Source of the DNA: Balanoglossus misakiensis
Lineage: Eukaryota; Animalia; Hemichordata
Direction: 5' to 3'
Length of the DNA: 64,000 nucleotides
Assembly (NCBI GenBank): GCA_040954595.2
Contig: CM082595.2
Span: 9,599,918-9,663,917, forward strand
Part shown: positions 24,159 through 36,299 of the stretch, piece after piece
Layout of the letters: every line of letters starts with the position of its first letter
Numbering within the stretch: position 1 is the first letter of the stretch
Position numbers and translations under genes: made by a program
Notes under the pieces: generated by a model
What the model was told of the DNA's origin: nothing
The model's database searches: none
The model's input: only the letters and a program-made list of their open reading frames with translations

Positions 24159-25644
24159 AGGGCCCAAGCGCAAGCAAGCGCTTGGGCCCTATTGGTTTCG
24201 TTGGGGTTTTTCTTTCTTTCTTTCTTTCTTTCTTTTTTCTTGTGTCAATTCTTCGGCCAACTAAATCTCTGAAACTACTGCAGGTACACTGCTCAAACTT
24301 GCTACAGTGGTCAAGGTCTATGAGTAGATGTGCAGTGACTTGTGAATACTTTATTAGTCATGTGACCTGGCGGCCATCTTGGATTTTCTGAAAAAAATCA
24401 AATCTCAGATCTCAGAAACTACAAGTCAGATCGACTTCAAATTTGGCATGCAGGTAGACTACCTTCTACCCATCATTTTTGTAATTGGAAATTTTGCTGT
24501 CAATGTTGCAGTTTTTTTGCTACAATTTTTTTTCTGAAATCTGGCTTAAATTTCAAAAATCTTCTACTCCAGAACCGGTGATAACCGAGACACGGGGTTT
24601 GGGGTATGTGGTCACCTAACTGATGTCTATCAAGTTTGCGAAGATCATTGTGATTGGTCGAAGATTATGGCGGCCATATTTGATTTTCGAAAAACCATAG
24701 TTAAACTCCAAAAATCTTCTTCTCCAGAGCGGGCGATAACTGAGTTGCAAGATTCGGGGAGTATGGTCACTACACGGATGTCTATCAAGTTTGCAAAGAG
24801 CATTGTGATTGGTCGAAGATTATGGCGGCCATATTGGATTTTGTAAAAAGCAGTGAAAATTTGAAATTCCTTTTTCTAGTCTAAAAATTGATAGCATACA
24901 AATTCTTTTTATGGATATCAATCGTCATGTGACTAAAATAGGTTACAATTTTTTGGCGATTTTTCACATGACCTTTGACCTACTTATCACGCGGTATTAT
25001 TTCTGCATATCTAATTCCAGGCTAACCTATATGGCTAGACGTTTGGTTTTTGATGAATGTGGATTAGTGTGTGATCAAAATATTTTGCTACTTTTCATGA
25101 CCCCTTTGACCTCAGCTGACCTCATTAATTATGTACATAGCTAATTACAGGCGAACCAATAGAGCTAGAGGTTTTGTTTTTGTTGGACATGGACCAGTAT
25201 GGGATCAACATTTTTTGCCCAAATTATTGGTGACCTCTGGTGACCTTTGACCTACTTTCGCATATCTCAGCATCCAGAGCAGATACAGCCATGGCATTTG
25301 GTAGGATGGGACCAAAATGTAAAGCCAAATTTTTGGGTCACCTGTGACACCTGTTGACCTCATTAAATATGCACATACCTAATTACAGGTGAACCAATAG
25401 AGCTAGAGTTTTGGTTTTTGTTGGACATGGACCAGTATGGGTAAAAAAAAATTGCCCAAATGTTGGGTGACCTCAGGTGACCTTTGACCTACTTCACCCT
25501 ATTTAAGCAGCAAAAATACACACATCCTTGTTATGTCAAGATATAATACATCCGATAGAAAATTCTGTTTCTTCTCATTCATACTGTGCATATATAATTC
25601 AAGATCAGCGCTTGGGCCCGACAATGCTGCTCGCAGCTTTAATT
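24159..25644 (+). mobile_element. Complete HINE E (same 5' subfamily as the autonomous Helentron)
   Basis: 5' AGGGCCCAAGCGC..GCGCTTGGGCCCT. 3' GCGCTTGGGCCC (25608-25619) and hairpin GCTGCTCGCAGC (25626-25637). The body parallels 2327-3550. Confidence 0.85.
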
Positions 25645-26854
25645 ATTATTATTCTTCTTCTTCTGAGATTTTCGGCCAGGTAGATCTGGAAAACCGCAGC
25701 ACCTAGGGGGCTGAAACTTGGTAGGGTGATAGGGGCCAATGAGTAGACGTGCAGTGGCTCGTGAATATTCAATTAGTCACGTGACCTGGCGGCCATATTG
25801 GATTTCCTGAAAATCGTTAAACGAGTCCTTCTCAAAAACTGCTGGGCCGATCGAGTTCAAATTTGGTGTGCAGGTAGCCTACCTTCTGTCCATCATTTTA
25901 CCCCATTGAAATCATGACGTCACACATAAAGTTTTTTTGCTACAATTGTTTTTCTGAAAAACTACTTAAAACTTTAAAAATCTTCTTCTCCAGAACCAGC
26001 GATTGCCGAGTCACGGGATTCGGGGAATGTGGTCACCTAACCTATGTCTATCAAGTTTGCGAAGCGCACTGTGATTGGTCGATCATTATGGCGGCCATGT
26101 TGGATTTTCGGAAAACCATTGAAAAGTGATAATTCCGTTTTGTAGCCAAAATGTTGACAGCATCGAAATTCTTTTTTTGGATATGAGTCATCATATGACC
26201 GGAAGTTGTCACAATTTTTCGGGGCAATTTTCACATGACCTTTGACCCAGTTTTAAAACAACTAATTATATATGCATATTCCCCATACCTCCTCTTGTCA
26301 AAGCACCACAGTCATGAATTTTGTGGACATGGGTACCAATGCTGCCAGGATATGACACAAATATTTTGGTAATTTTGGCAATGACCCTTGACCTATTTCT
26401 GAAACATTATTTTTCTGCATATCTAATTCCAGGCTAACCAATAGGGCTAGAGGTCTGGTTTAAGTTGGACATGGCCCACCCTGGGGTCAAAATTTTATGC
26501 CCAAATTTTGGTGACCTTGGATGACCTTTGATCTACTTTCCCATATCTCAGCATCCACAGCAGTTAGAGTCCTGCCTTTTTGGGGGGCCGATGGAGCACA
26601 TATGGAGTCTTACACTAGACCTCATTAATTATGCGCATACCTAATTCTAGGCGAACCAATAGAGCTAGGGGTCTGGTTTTTGTTGGACCTAGACTAGTAT
26701 GAGGTCCGATTTTTTTGCCCAAATTTTGGGTGACCTCGGGTGACCTTTGACCTACTTTCCCATATCTTGGTATCCACAGCAGATACAGCCTTGGCATTTG
26801 CTGGTTACCATGGGAACCGCTTGTGCCCCGCCAACGCTGCTTGCAGCTTTAATT
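25645..26854 (+). mobile_element. Body and 3' end of HINE F (HINE C subfamily); its 5' end is probably left of the window
   Basis: Near copy of 22944-24158. Ends with GCTTGTGCCCC (26819-26829) and hairpin (26836-26847). No matching 5' palindrome in the window. Confidence 0.8.
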
Positions 26855-27005
26855 CTTCTTATACTTCTTTTTAGTCTAAACATTCATATAGAGAAGGCTG
26901 CTGACTATGGAAATATGATGAAGTACATTTTCCTAGTTGTACATGTACAGTATGATAGGCCCAATGTACCAATTGGAGATGTGTGCCTTACAGGCAACAT
27001 ACATG

Positions 27006-27822
27006 TAGCTCTGCATGGGCTGGTTAATCAATGTTGACGCAAAGGTTGACCCTACCAAACACTCAAAATTAATGGGCACGACACTGGCCACTAGCTCTGC
27101 ATGGCCTGGTTAATCAATGTTGACGCAAAGGTTGACCCCACCAAACACTCAAAATTGATGGGCACGACACTGGCCACTAGCTCTGCATGGCCTGGTTAAT
27201 CAATGTTGACGCAAAGGTTGACCCCACCAAACACTCAAAATTGATGGGCACGACACTGGCCACTAGCTCTGCATGGCCTGGTTAATCAATGTTGACGCAA
27301 AGGTTGACCCCACCAAACACTCAAAATTGATGGGCACGACACTGGCCACTAGCTCTGCATGGCCTGGTTAATCAATGTTGACGCAAAGGTTGACCCCACC
27401 AAACACTCAAAATTGATGGGCACGACACTGGCCACTAGCTCTGCATGGCCTGGTTAATCAATGTTGACGCAAAGGTTGACCCCACCAAACACTCAAAATT
27501 GATGGGCACGACACTGGCCACTAGCTCTGCATGGCCTGGTTAATCAATGTTGACGCAAAGGTTGATCCCACCAAACACTCAAAATTGATGGGCACGACAC
27601 TGGCCACTAGCTCTGCACGGCCTGGTTAATCAATGTTGACGCAAAGGTTGACCCCACCAAACACTCAAAATTAATGGGCACGACACTGGCCACTAGCTCT
27701 GCATGGCCTGGTTAATCAATGTTGACGCAAAGGTTGACCCCACCAAACACTCAAAATTGATGGGTACGACACTGGCCACTAGCTCTGCATGGCCTGGCTA
27801 ATCAAGGTTGACGCAAAGGTTG
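27006..27822. repeat. 86-bp minisatellite, ~9.5 near-identical copies
   Basis: TAGCTCTGCATGG starts at 27006, 27092 and onward to 27780 (period 86). No spacers. Confidence 0.97.
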
Positions 27823-27902
27823 TTGAGAGCAGTTGTTTTTTGCTAAACATTAGTGAAAATATGAAATTATTGACATGTAGGATTTCAATTTTATGATGTA
27901 AG

Positions 27903-28503
27903 AGTATTTTATAATATCTCACCGGGACTTCAGTTGTCGCTGTAGTATTTAACCCAAGTTTAACTGTGCCACCCACGTCCATGCATGGCAAGGTTTTCTC
28001 TCCCAAAAGTTTCAGTTTGGTATCCCAGTTACCATCAGTTGCACTTACTCCACGCCTTCTAAGTTGAATGCGATTTACCATCACAGGATTCATACTGTGG
28101 TGCAAAGACAATTAAAAACATCGATTGTAAGTCATTTAGTAGTGATACCATTGTGACCAAACCTCGTTTTAAAATACATGTAATCTGTACTCGAAACTAT
28201 CATTTTTTTCTTTCTAGAATATTAGAACGCGCTCAAAAATAAAAATGCGACCTGTAAGCGAGTGCCGCGTTTCAATTGGTACTGACGATAAACACCGCCA
28301 CTCGGAGATAAAATCAACGTTTTTTTTTTAATGCAAGTGAACGCATGGAGGCGGCCATACTGAATTTAGGTTACATCCCAAGACATTCCGACTGGGCTTC
28401 AGGTGGATTCGGGAAAGGTCTCTAAAACATAATCGGTCATCCAATTTTGTATACTAAATTTCTAAAAATGTAGGACATGGGAGGTTAACATACCCACAAT
28501 GAC
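27903..28503 (-). pseudogene. Old inverted paralogous fragment of the OB-fold gene (intron part plus second coding exon)
   Basis: RRRGVSATDGNWDTKLKLLGEKTLPCMDVGGTVKLG..LNTTATTEV aligns to the 30040-30210 translation. 28330-28503 is a diverged reverse complement of 29640-29811. Confidence 0.8.
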
Positions 28504-28874
28504 AGCCAAGGCGTGGCAGTGAAATTGTGCCTCATTGAGGATACAGTCTAGATCCGGAATTCAGCCAACGGCAAACTGTTTAGCGTGCCTTGTATGCAGC
28601 AGGATGGCAACGTTCTGGAACTTAAATTCTGGAAAGAAAATCCGAAATAGCTGAACAGATAACAGAAGAGAGAATACATACAGCTCCGCAACTTTTCCAC
28701 TGGAAGATATAATACCATTTGCCTCTATGATAGAGCAAAGGTATGTTATAATCGCACCCCGAAACTTATGGGCCTTTTTTTTGACGTAGTCATTTTGGGT
28801 ATCTTAACCTCCCATCTTCTACATTTTTAGAAATTTACTCTACAAAATTGAATGACCCATTACATTTTAGAGAC
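28503..28874 (+). pseudogene. Recent partial direct duplicate of the OB-fold first coding exon, with stop codons
   Basis: Near copy of 29353-29725 with TAG/TAA substitutions (e.g. AAGTGG to AAATAG, AGATTA to AGATAA). Confidence 0.85.
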
Positions 28875-29317
28875 TCTAACTCCTGATTGGCCTATAAACT
28901 TATTTCTTTCATCAACACTTTCTAACCGTTAACCTGCTGTACCTCCGCATGTCTCCACAAGAGCTAGGAGCTCAGAATCGGATGAACGAGACAAGCGGTC
29001 TCTCACGTTTAGTAACCGTAACACCGTTAAAGGTAGGTTTTCATTGATTCTAATAAGTCTCCGTTCATCAACATTTCAAAAATTCTCCATAACCCAGTAG
29101 TTGCCACTGTGCTTCAATGAAATATTTCCTTTCAAACTTGCAAATGGTAACCGAATCTCAAATCGCAAATCTTTCCATTTTTAATAACGAAGTCGGATGC
29201 CGCAATCACCAACTCACTTTTTTATCGGACTCCATCATTCTAATACTTTACTTCAATTGTCAAAAATTGTGTAAAACAATATCCACTCTCAATCTATATT
29301 TCAGGTTTAACGGCGTT

Positions 29318-30210
29318 ATGGCATCCCCGGCTCCCGGTCCCTCATCCCCAACCAGCCAAGGCGTGGCACTGAAATTGCGCCTCATGGAGGATGTCGAGAT
29401 CCGGAATTCCGCCAACGGGAAACTGTTTAGCGTGCCTTGTATGCAGCAGGATGGCAACGTTCTGGAACTTAAATTCTTGAAAGAAAATCCGAAGTGGCTG
29501 AACAGATTACAGAAGGGAGAATACGTACAGCTCCGCAACTTTTCCACTGGAAGAGATAATACCATTTGCCTCTATGATAGAGCAAAGGTACGTTATAATC
29601 GCACCCCGAAACTTATGGGCCTGACTTTTTTTTGCCGTAGTCATTTTGGGTATCTTAACCTCCCATCTTCTACATTTTTAGAAATTTACTCTACAAAATT
29701 GAATGACCCATTACATTTTAGAGACCTTTCCCGAATTCAACCGAAGCCCAATGGGAAGGTCTTCAGATGTAATCCAATATGGCAGCCTCCATGCGATCAC
29801 GTACATTGAAAATCCATTTATATGATACAACCATGCCTTGTCAACTCACCTCGGGTCAAAATTACTGCCATCGATTCATCATTTTGCAGTTCAAATTTTA
29901 AAAAGCAACTGACAAAAAACAACCACTCTTGCACTATTTCTCCACAACATTTACTACTCGTAATTATTAACATTCAATGTTTTCCATTTTATTTCCACTA
30001 CAGTATGAATCAGTGACACATACATCGAATTCTACAAAGAGACGTAAACTGACCATAACTGATGGCACAAGAGATGCTGAAGTCAACCTTTGGGGTGAGA
30101 AAACAGCGCTGCCACTGGATGTAGGTGCCACAGTTAAACTAGGCCCATTGGTTATCAACAGATATAAAACATCGTCCACATTAAATACAACAGCGACAAC
30201 TGAAGTGGAG
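29318..30210 (+). CDS. Spliced OB-fold (RPA/SSB-like) protein, exons 29318-29587 and 30004-30210; 3' part not found
   Basis: Acceptor TTTCAG at 29304, donor AAG|GTACGT, acceptor CTACAG|TAT, donor GAG|GTGAGA; coding junctions are phase 0. The second exon KRRKLTITDGTRDAEVNLWGEK..LDVGATVKLG..INRYK..LNTT fits an RPA-type OB fold. Possible non-coding exon ending at ~29032 (AAG|GTAGGT). Confidence 0.65.
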
Positions 30211-30229
30211 GTGAGACATAAAATACTGT

Positions 30230-31650
30230 TCCTGATGCTCCTTGAGAACTGTCAAGTAGCCACGGTTCTAGGCGACATAGGATGGATGTCCACGGTACGG
30301 GAGGAGGCCATGCATGTATACGGGAAGGAAAAGAATGAAGCCAACCTGCCCGTACCATCCGACGCAGCCATAAAAACCTGCACACTACCTCGGGAGTTCA
30401 ATCCAGGCCGCGTACGTGGGGGATTCGTTGGCCATATCTCCCCGCAAGAGCCCACAAGAACCACCACCGCAGCTGACGACCTGGAGGAAACTTTGAGCAT
30501 CTTCCGGGATCCGCAGCTGGAAAAACAGGTACTCGGTGGCGACAAGGACCAGGCGATGGAGGTGTCGGAAGGGCCAGACCCACCCCGCACCCGTGTATCA
30601 CCCCCAATAGCAGTAGCGAGAGACGGGGGAAACCAAGGGCTGCTGCAGGAGCCATCACCCCCACGCCAAGAAATGCTGCCGCTGCAGTCACTGATCAACC
30701 CATTGGAGCTGGAGGCGACGTTGGAGGCGGGGGAATATCTAATCCCCTGGGAACTTCGACGCCACCCCGGCAGCCCTACTAGGTCCAGATCCCCAACCCG
30801 GTCGCCGCGACCGGAGCGTTCTCGAGAGGAAAGGCGGGACCGCCCACCTTCCCGTGAACGACCATCCTTTTCACGCTGGGGAGATCTCAGCCCCAGACGT
30901 CGATCACCGATCCGGTATCCGACGCCGGAACCGCCCAAAGAAGACGAACGCCGCTGGAGGAGCGCCAGGCCGGCCCAAAGGAGCCCCCTATCCTCTGTTC
31001 CACATTACTCATCAGGCCCTTCTCCATGTCCGTTCCCGGGAGGCCGGAGGTCCACGCGCAAACTGAAGAAACACGCCTTTCAGTGCCACCTTCCAGTTAT
31101 TTTTACTGAGAAGCCGGTAGTATTCCGCGAGTGGGACGCGGTTGAGGCGTTAGAGAAACTCACCTATACTGGCTGTGTGGTCCAGGAAATGAAATACCCG
31201 ACCTGCTAGACTTCTATATCCGCAGGGGCGGACCTGGACGGATCCCTACGGAATCCTTTTGTTCACCGGAGTCCATGGTGATGATGAAGCGCCTGTGCGT
31301 CTTCCAGGGGTGGGAGGTGCCGAACAGGTTCCGACTGAGCTCCCCCACCACACCAGCGATTCTCATCCACTGGCGTGTCCTTAGCATACTGCTGAGGTGG
31401 GTATCCCAATCACGACAGGAAGAATTCCGGGAAATCCGACCTCACCGGAAAACATCATCAATCCGGACACAGCAACCAGAGAGGACGGGGGCGGAAGCAG
31501 TCGCACAGAATCCATCGACGCAGGGGGAGCGAGGACGCGCCAGGGGTTTTTGATGCATTTTTTATCCCCCAAGCGTGCGCGGAGGAGTGCCGAGTGGAAG
31601 ACGCGCCCACCACCATAGATGACCTCACTGACTACGATGTTGGTGTCCCC
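30230..31650 (+). pseudogene. GC-rich degenerate ORF (Arg/Ser/Pro-rich tract, degenerate C2H2-like motif), probably a retroelement accessory gene fragment
   Basis: Sharp GC rise just inside the OB-gene intron. CPFPGG..RKLKKHAFQCHLP, then a frameshifted continuation ..PTTPAILIHWRVLSILL. Abuts an LTR-like sequence. Confidence 0.45.
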
Positions 31651-31652
31651 CC

Positions 31653-31856
31653 TGTTATGTTTCCATCAACATGGGAATAATAATGCGATCATAAGGTATA
31701 ACAACAACCTATTTATTGATCGGCTGAAAAGACTCAACAATGTGCTTCGCCTTATCTGGGCGGAAGTGACGTCGTACAGCAATTCATAAACAAGTGGAAC
31801 ACCAACAATGCAACACTAGAGGGCGCTATATTGATCGTAGCTGTCAGAATACTACA
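31653..31856 (-). mobile_element. Putative isolated LTR (~204 bp)
   Basis: TGTTATG...TACTACA termini, AATAAA on the minus strand (~31712-31717), and C-runs on both sides (TSD or PPT). Confidence 0.55.
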
Positions 31857-32252
31857 CCCCCCCCCCCGCATGTTTAAAGGTTTCTATAGAAAAGCATTGT
31901 TGAGGTTCACAAAACTTTGAAGAAGCTTTGCAACCCTAACTTTGGCCAAAGATTTGAATGTTAAGGTTTCACAAACGTAGTTACAGCTGAGGTTCAACTA
32001 AGACTAGTATAAGAGGCTTCAGCACGCCAAGTCTTGTAGCAAGCTTCAACACAAAGCTTTTTGCAACATTGTTCAAAGCGTTGTCAAAGGTACTGCACAA
32101 CCCTGGTGAAGTAGTGCTATATTTTCAATTAAATGGCTTAAGCCATTTGTCTCTCCAACCAGAATTGCACCAGAGTTAAATACACACAGCTTGAAATTGT
32201 AAAATGTTGCAAAATCAAACGATCACATCCTTACACCTATTATTAGAACCAG

Positions 32253-34313
32253 AAGTTGAGTCAAAATTTTCCTACCTAGAAATTTTCTTTCCTATGAAGT
32301 TTTTTGCTTATTGGCATTCATATGGGAGCCTAGACCTATTCCAGCTGAGTTGCCAAAATGGCAATGTTGGACAATTCTTCTAATATGCATGATCAAAAAT
32401 GGCCGCCAAATACCTTCTCTAAAATAAAACTTGGCCCTTTTTTCTCAAAATTATGTGTAATATCTAAAATTTCAGGATTTGCATCCATATTGGTTATGTA
32501 TTGCAAATATGGCAGTGTTTGGCAACTTTTCTATTTTGCATAATCAAAAATGGCCGCCAATCACCACTAAAAGTGAAATTTTGCCATGTTTCCCAAAATG
32601 ATGCGCAATATCGTATTTTCAGGATTAGCACATTCATATGGGTACCTTTAACAATACAACTGTGTTGCAAATTTGGCAGTGTTACCGTACTAATCATGAA
32701 GCAGGGAAGTGCAACCTCTGTATCCCAAATATATGTCTATCCCCACTCACAAAGAGCCAGCCCCTCTGCATCATCCTGTTCCTCAACTTCACGATGGGAA
32801 TCCTTTTCAGAATTCCGACCTCAAAACATCCAGGGATTCACCATCATTCACCACACCCTCGTCAGTATCCACCATGTTTAGATCCAATGCCTGAACATGT
32901 TGTCTCTTTATCTATGGATTGCGTTAAAGGCCAGTGGGAGTTTCATCTCCTTTTTTTGCAATTTTGACCATTTTTATCTGGTGCATAATGCTAGAGTACA
33001 TATCATCCATACAGGATGATGCATGTACAGTGATGGGAAATGTATCAATCCAAACCTGCACTAGATTTGCATACAGTGCCATACCTTTTAGGGCTATTTT
33101 CTTGACCCTTTTGATAGTCTGCTGGCCAAAAGTGGCTGGCCAAAGTGGCCAGCAGAGACATTCTTCCAATACCCTTCATAGTGCCAACAGACAAGGCTTG
33201 GATATACAACCTGTGTTGCTTGTAAGGCACACATCTCCAATTGGTACATTGGGCCAATTATACTGTACATGTGTACAGCTAGGAAAAAAATATACTTCAT
33301 CATAGTTTCCATGGTCAGCAGCTTCAATAACTTGTTGCCTTTTCTTACTGAACATTTTGACTTATAAAGAAGTATAACAAGAATAAAGTTGTCCAATTAG
33401 TGTTGGCAGGGGGGTGGGGGATGTGTTCTCCCATACAAAGGTGTATAGGTATGTAGTCTTTAAGAAAAACTTGGGGTAAATGACCAGAAAATTTGACTTA
33501 TAATACAAATAGGTCGGGTTTTGGGCATTTACACGTGTTGATGTTATCGACTGGGGCGACAGACTACCATCCGAAAATATTTCAAGTACCCCCCCCCCCC
33601 CTCGGGTGCCGGCCAGTGGGATGGAGGTGATAGAAACTGTTGTAGATACAATAGAGGCCTACAACCTGAAAACCTTCTGGCTTTAACCGAGGACTTGCCA
33701 TTAAAGATACCTGTAGGCCCCTATATGCTGCTCCCACATACACTCCCAGTCCTAAACCTTGCATCTGATTTGTGGTGCAGATGAAGAATTAAGATTGGCT
33801 TGACAATTAGCACACTTAATTGCCTGTTATGAGATATAATACATACAATCATGGGACAAGAATGGCAAAAGTTAAATTATCCAGCAGGTGTTTGAATTAT
33901 GCAAATTAGAGCAGTTGTCTAATATTGCCATGTCAACCATGTTGAAATTGTTTTAGGTACCCATATTAATGGAAACCCTGCAAATTCGATATTACACACC
34001 ATTTAAAACAAATATGGGAAATTAACATGTTAGAGAAATTTGGCGGCCATTTTGGATTATGCAAATTAGAACAGTTGTCTAATATTGCCATGTCAACCAT
34101 GTTGAAATTGTTTTAGGTACCCAGGAGAGTTGAATGAAAATGCCATTTGCAATGCAGTTGTCTTGTATTGGGTGCCCATATTAAGGCATTCTTGAAAACG
34201 AAACATTATTCATCATTTTGACGCAAACAGAAAAGGTGTTCAAATGCAAATTGGAAGAGTTGCCCAACCCTGCCATATTTGCAATACAGTTGTAGTGACT
34301 GTCAACTCGACTA
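32253..34313. mobile_element. Non-autonomous long-TIR DNA transposon, Academ-like
   Basis: Ends AAGTTGAGT..ACTCGACTA with CAG on both sides. Removal restores ATTAGAACCAGACAGTCTC as seen at 61931. 32340-32700 is an imperfect inverted copy of 33880-34290. TAG..CTA ends with a 3-bp TSD suggest Academ (inference). Confidence 0.5.
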
Positions 34314-34651
34314 CAGACAGTCTCGATGAACACAAGACATGATCCCAATTTGCAAGCTGAGTTGAAACTGACTGCTGCAGTAACTTAGCTGTGGGAATGT
34401 CTTGTGTGATTTAAAACAATGATGACCAAATTTAACACAGTTTCTCTGAGGTAACCATTTAGCTTTCAGGACTAAGTTTGTTTAAGAATCCTTTATTCTA
34501 CCCAAGGAACAAATTTCCTTAGAATTTCACAACTGAGACACAGTTTACAGATATACAAAAAGTGCGTACTACAAACATAAGAAATTGTTTGCATTTTTTT
34601 TTCTGATGGCAATGCATTTGACTGTAAACAGACATTGACGTCCTTTAGTAA

Positions 34652-35481
34652 GGGACTGTTCAGTTATGGTGGAGGGGGGGGGGCAAAAGTTTGTGTCATT
34701 GGTTTTCAAAATCAGGCCGACACCCCCTTCAACCAGGACCAAAAAAATGATGACCCCCCCCCCCTTTGACAGGACCAAAATATGATGACCCTCCTCCCAC
34801 CCCGAAAACATTCGCCATCCTTATCTTATGTACACTGACTGTATGCAATAAAGGTAAAGGGTCTCCTCACACCTCAATTCTAAATTTCTTAAAGAAATTT
34901 ATAATTTGAAGTGTATAATAGTATAGCGTTGCAATAAAGAAGGTCTATGGATAAATTAAAAGGACACGTCAATACAATAGTTGGTAGAATTGGTAAAACA
35001 AGAAAAGTGGAAGGGGTGGGTGTACGTAGGACAATTTTGTAAAATACAATTAATGCATTTTAATGAACTCAAAGGCAAATTAACTTAATGTTGGGGAGGA
35101 CAAATTTGACTTTTGCCACTCAAAGTTAACATCAGTGGGGGTGGGATGGCAAGTATTCTGCCCTGGTACACTATATGTGGCGAAGAAATAAGGGGATGGG
35201 TGTGGGAGGGGATGTCCTCCTTCCACATAAGAAAACTTTGTAAAATATGTAGCTCAAAGTTGCATTTTAATGAAGTCAAAAGCAAATTACATGTATCTCA
35301 ATGTTTGAAAGGACCAATTTTACTGTTGCCACTCCACTCAAAGTTAGCATCGGTGGGTACATGTATATGACATCCCCCCTAAACGTTTGAAAAAAAGATG
35401 ACTCCCTCTTTTGGATTTCAAAATTTAAGTGACCCCCTGGATTTTGCCAGCCTCCCCCCACCGTAAAAACTGAATGGTCCC
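34652..35481. mobile_element. PIF/Harbinger (Tourist-like) MITE, 830 bp
   Basis: TIRs GGGACTGTTCAGTT / AACTGAATGGTCCC with TAA on both sides. Paralogous empty site at ~61775-61800. Confidence 0.8.
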
Positions 35482-36299
35482 TAAGCGCTATTTTGTCAGT
35501 GAAATGGCTCCATTATTATCCCTCCAACCATAGTTGAAACGGAGTTAAATATGTACAGCTTGAAATCATAAAATGTTGCAAAATTGAACCAAGAGTTTGG
35601 TCAATGATCAAGTTCTTACAGCTATTACTAGAACCATACAGTCTCAGCGAACAAGAGACATTGGTCCGATTTGCAAGCCGAGTTGGAACTGACTTTGCCT
35701 GCACACAGATGTGCCAATTTCAGCGAATCTTATCGTATTTAAAAATGAATATGGAGAATTGTTATCTGTGTTCCTATTGCTAGCCTACATACATGTAGCT
35801 GTTGTCATTCTAGTGTTTTTTTTCTGTATACCAAAATTGCCACACTGTTTGGGATACTTTTATCAAATGTTATGTGATACTATATCAGCCTGTTTTGGGG
35901 ATCTTGACAATGACATATATTAGACTTTTCATACACAGCATGAGGTAGAATTTCAGAAAAGATTAGGTAATAAGACTGTATATCTCATAGGAAATAATCA
36001 CTTTAGAAGTATTACGATAAAAAAAAATCATTTCACTCTTATTGGGAGCATACATTTGTAAAACATACATACAGACATGAATACAGACATAGAGAGATCA
36101 AGGTGTATACGATTTTCAGTGGGGGAGGGGGTCCTCCTTAATTGCAAACAACTATGTAATGGTAATTTCCCTTTTATAATAACAATTTTTGAGGTATAAG
36201 GAAAAAATATCAAACAAAATAAACAAAAAAACTAATTCAGCTATGATTTGATTCAATTATCATTCTAAAGAAGCACATATCATTAACTCACTACTAAAC

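Noticed and set aside
27006-27822. CRISPR-like array
   Set aside because: Whole 86-bp units are near-identical with no unique spacers, there are no cas genes, and the context is eukaryotic.
29977-31209. 410-aa ORF as a real OB-fold fusion protein
   Set aside because: It reads through a consensus donor at 30210 into unrelated inserted GC-rich sequence; the inverted paralogue diverges at the same point.
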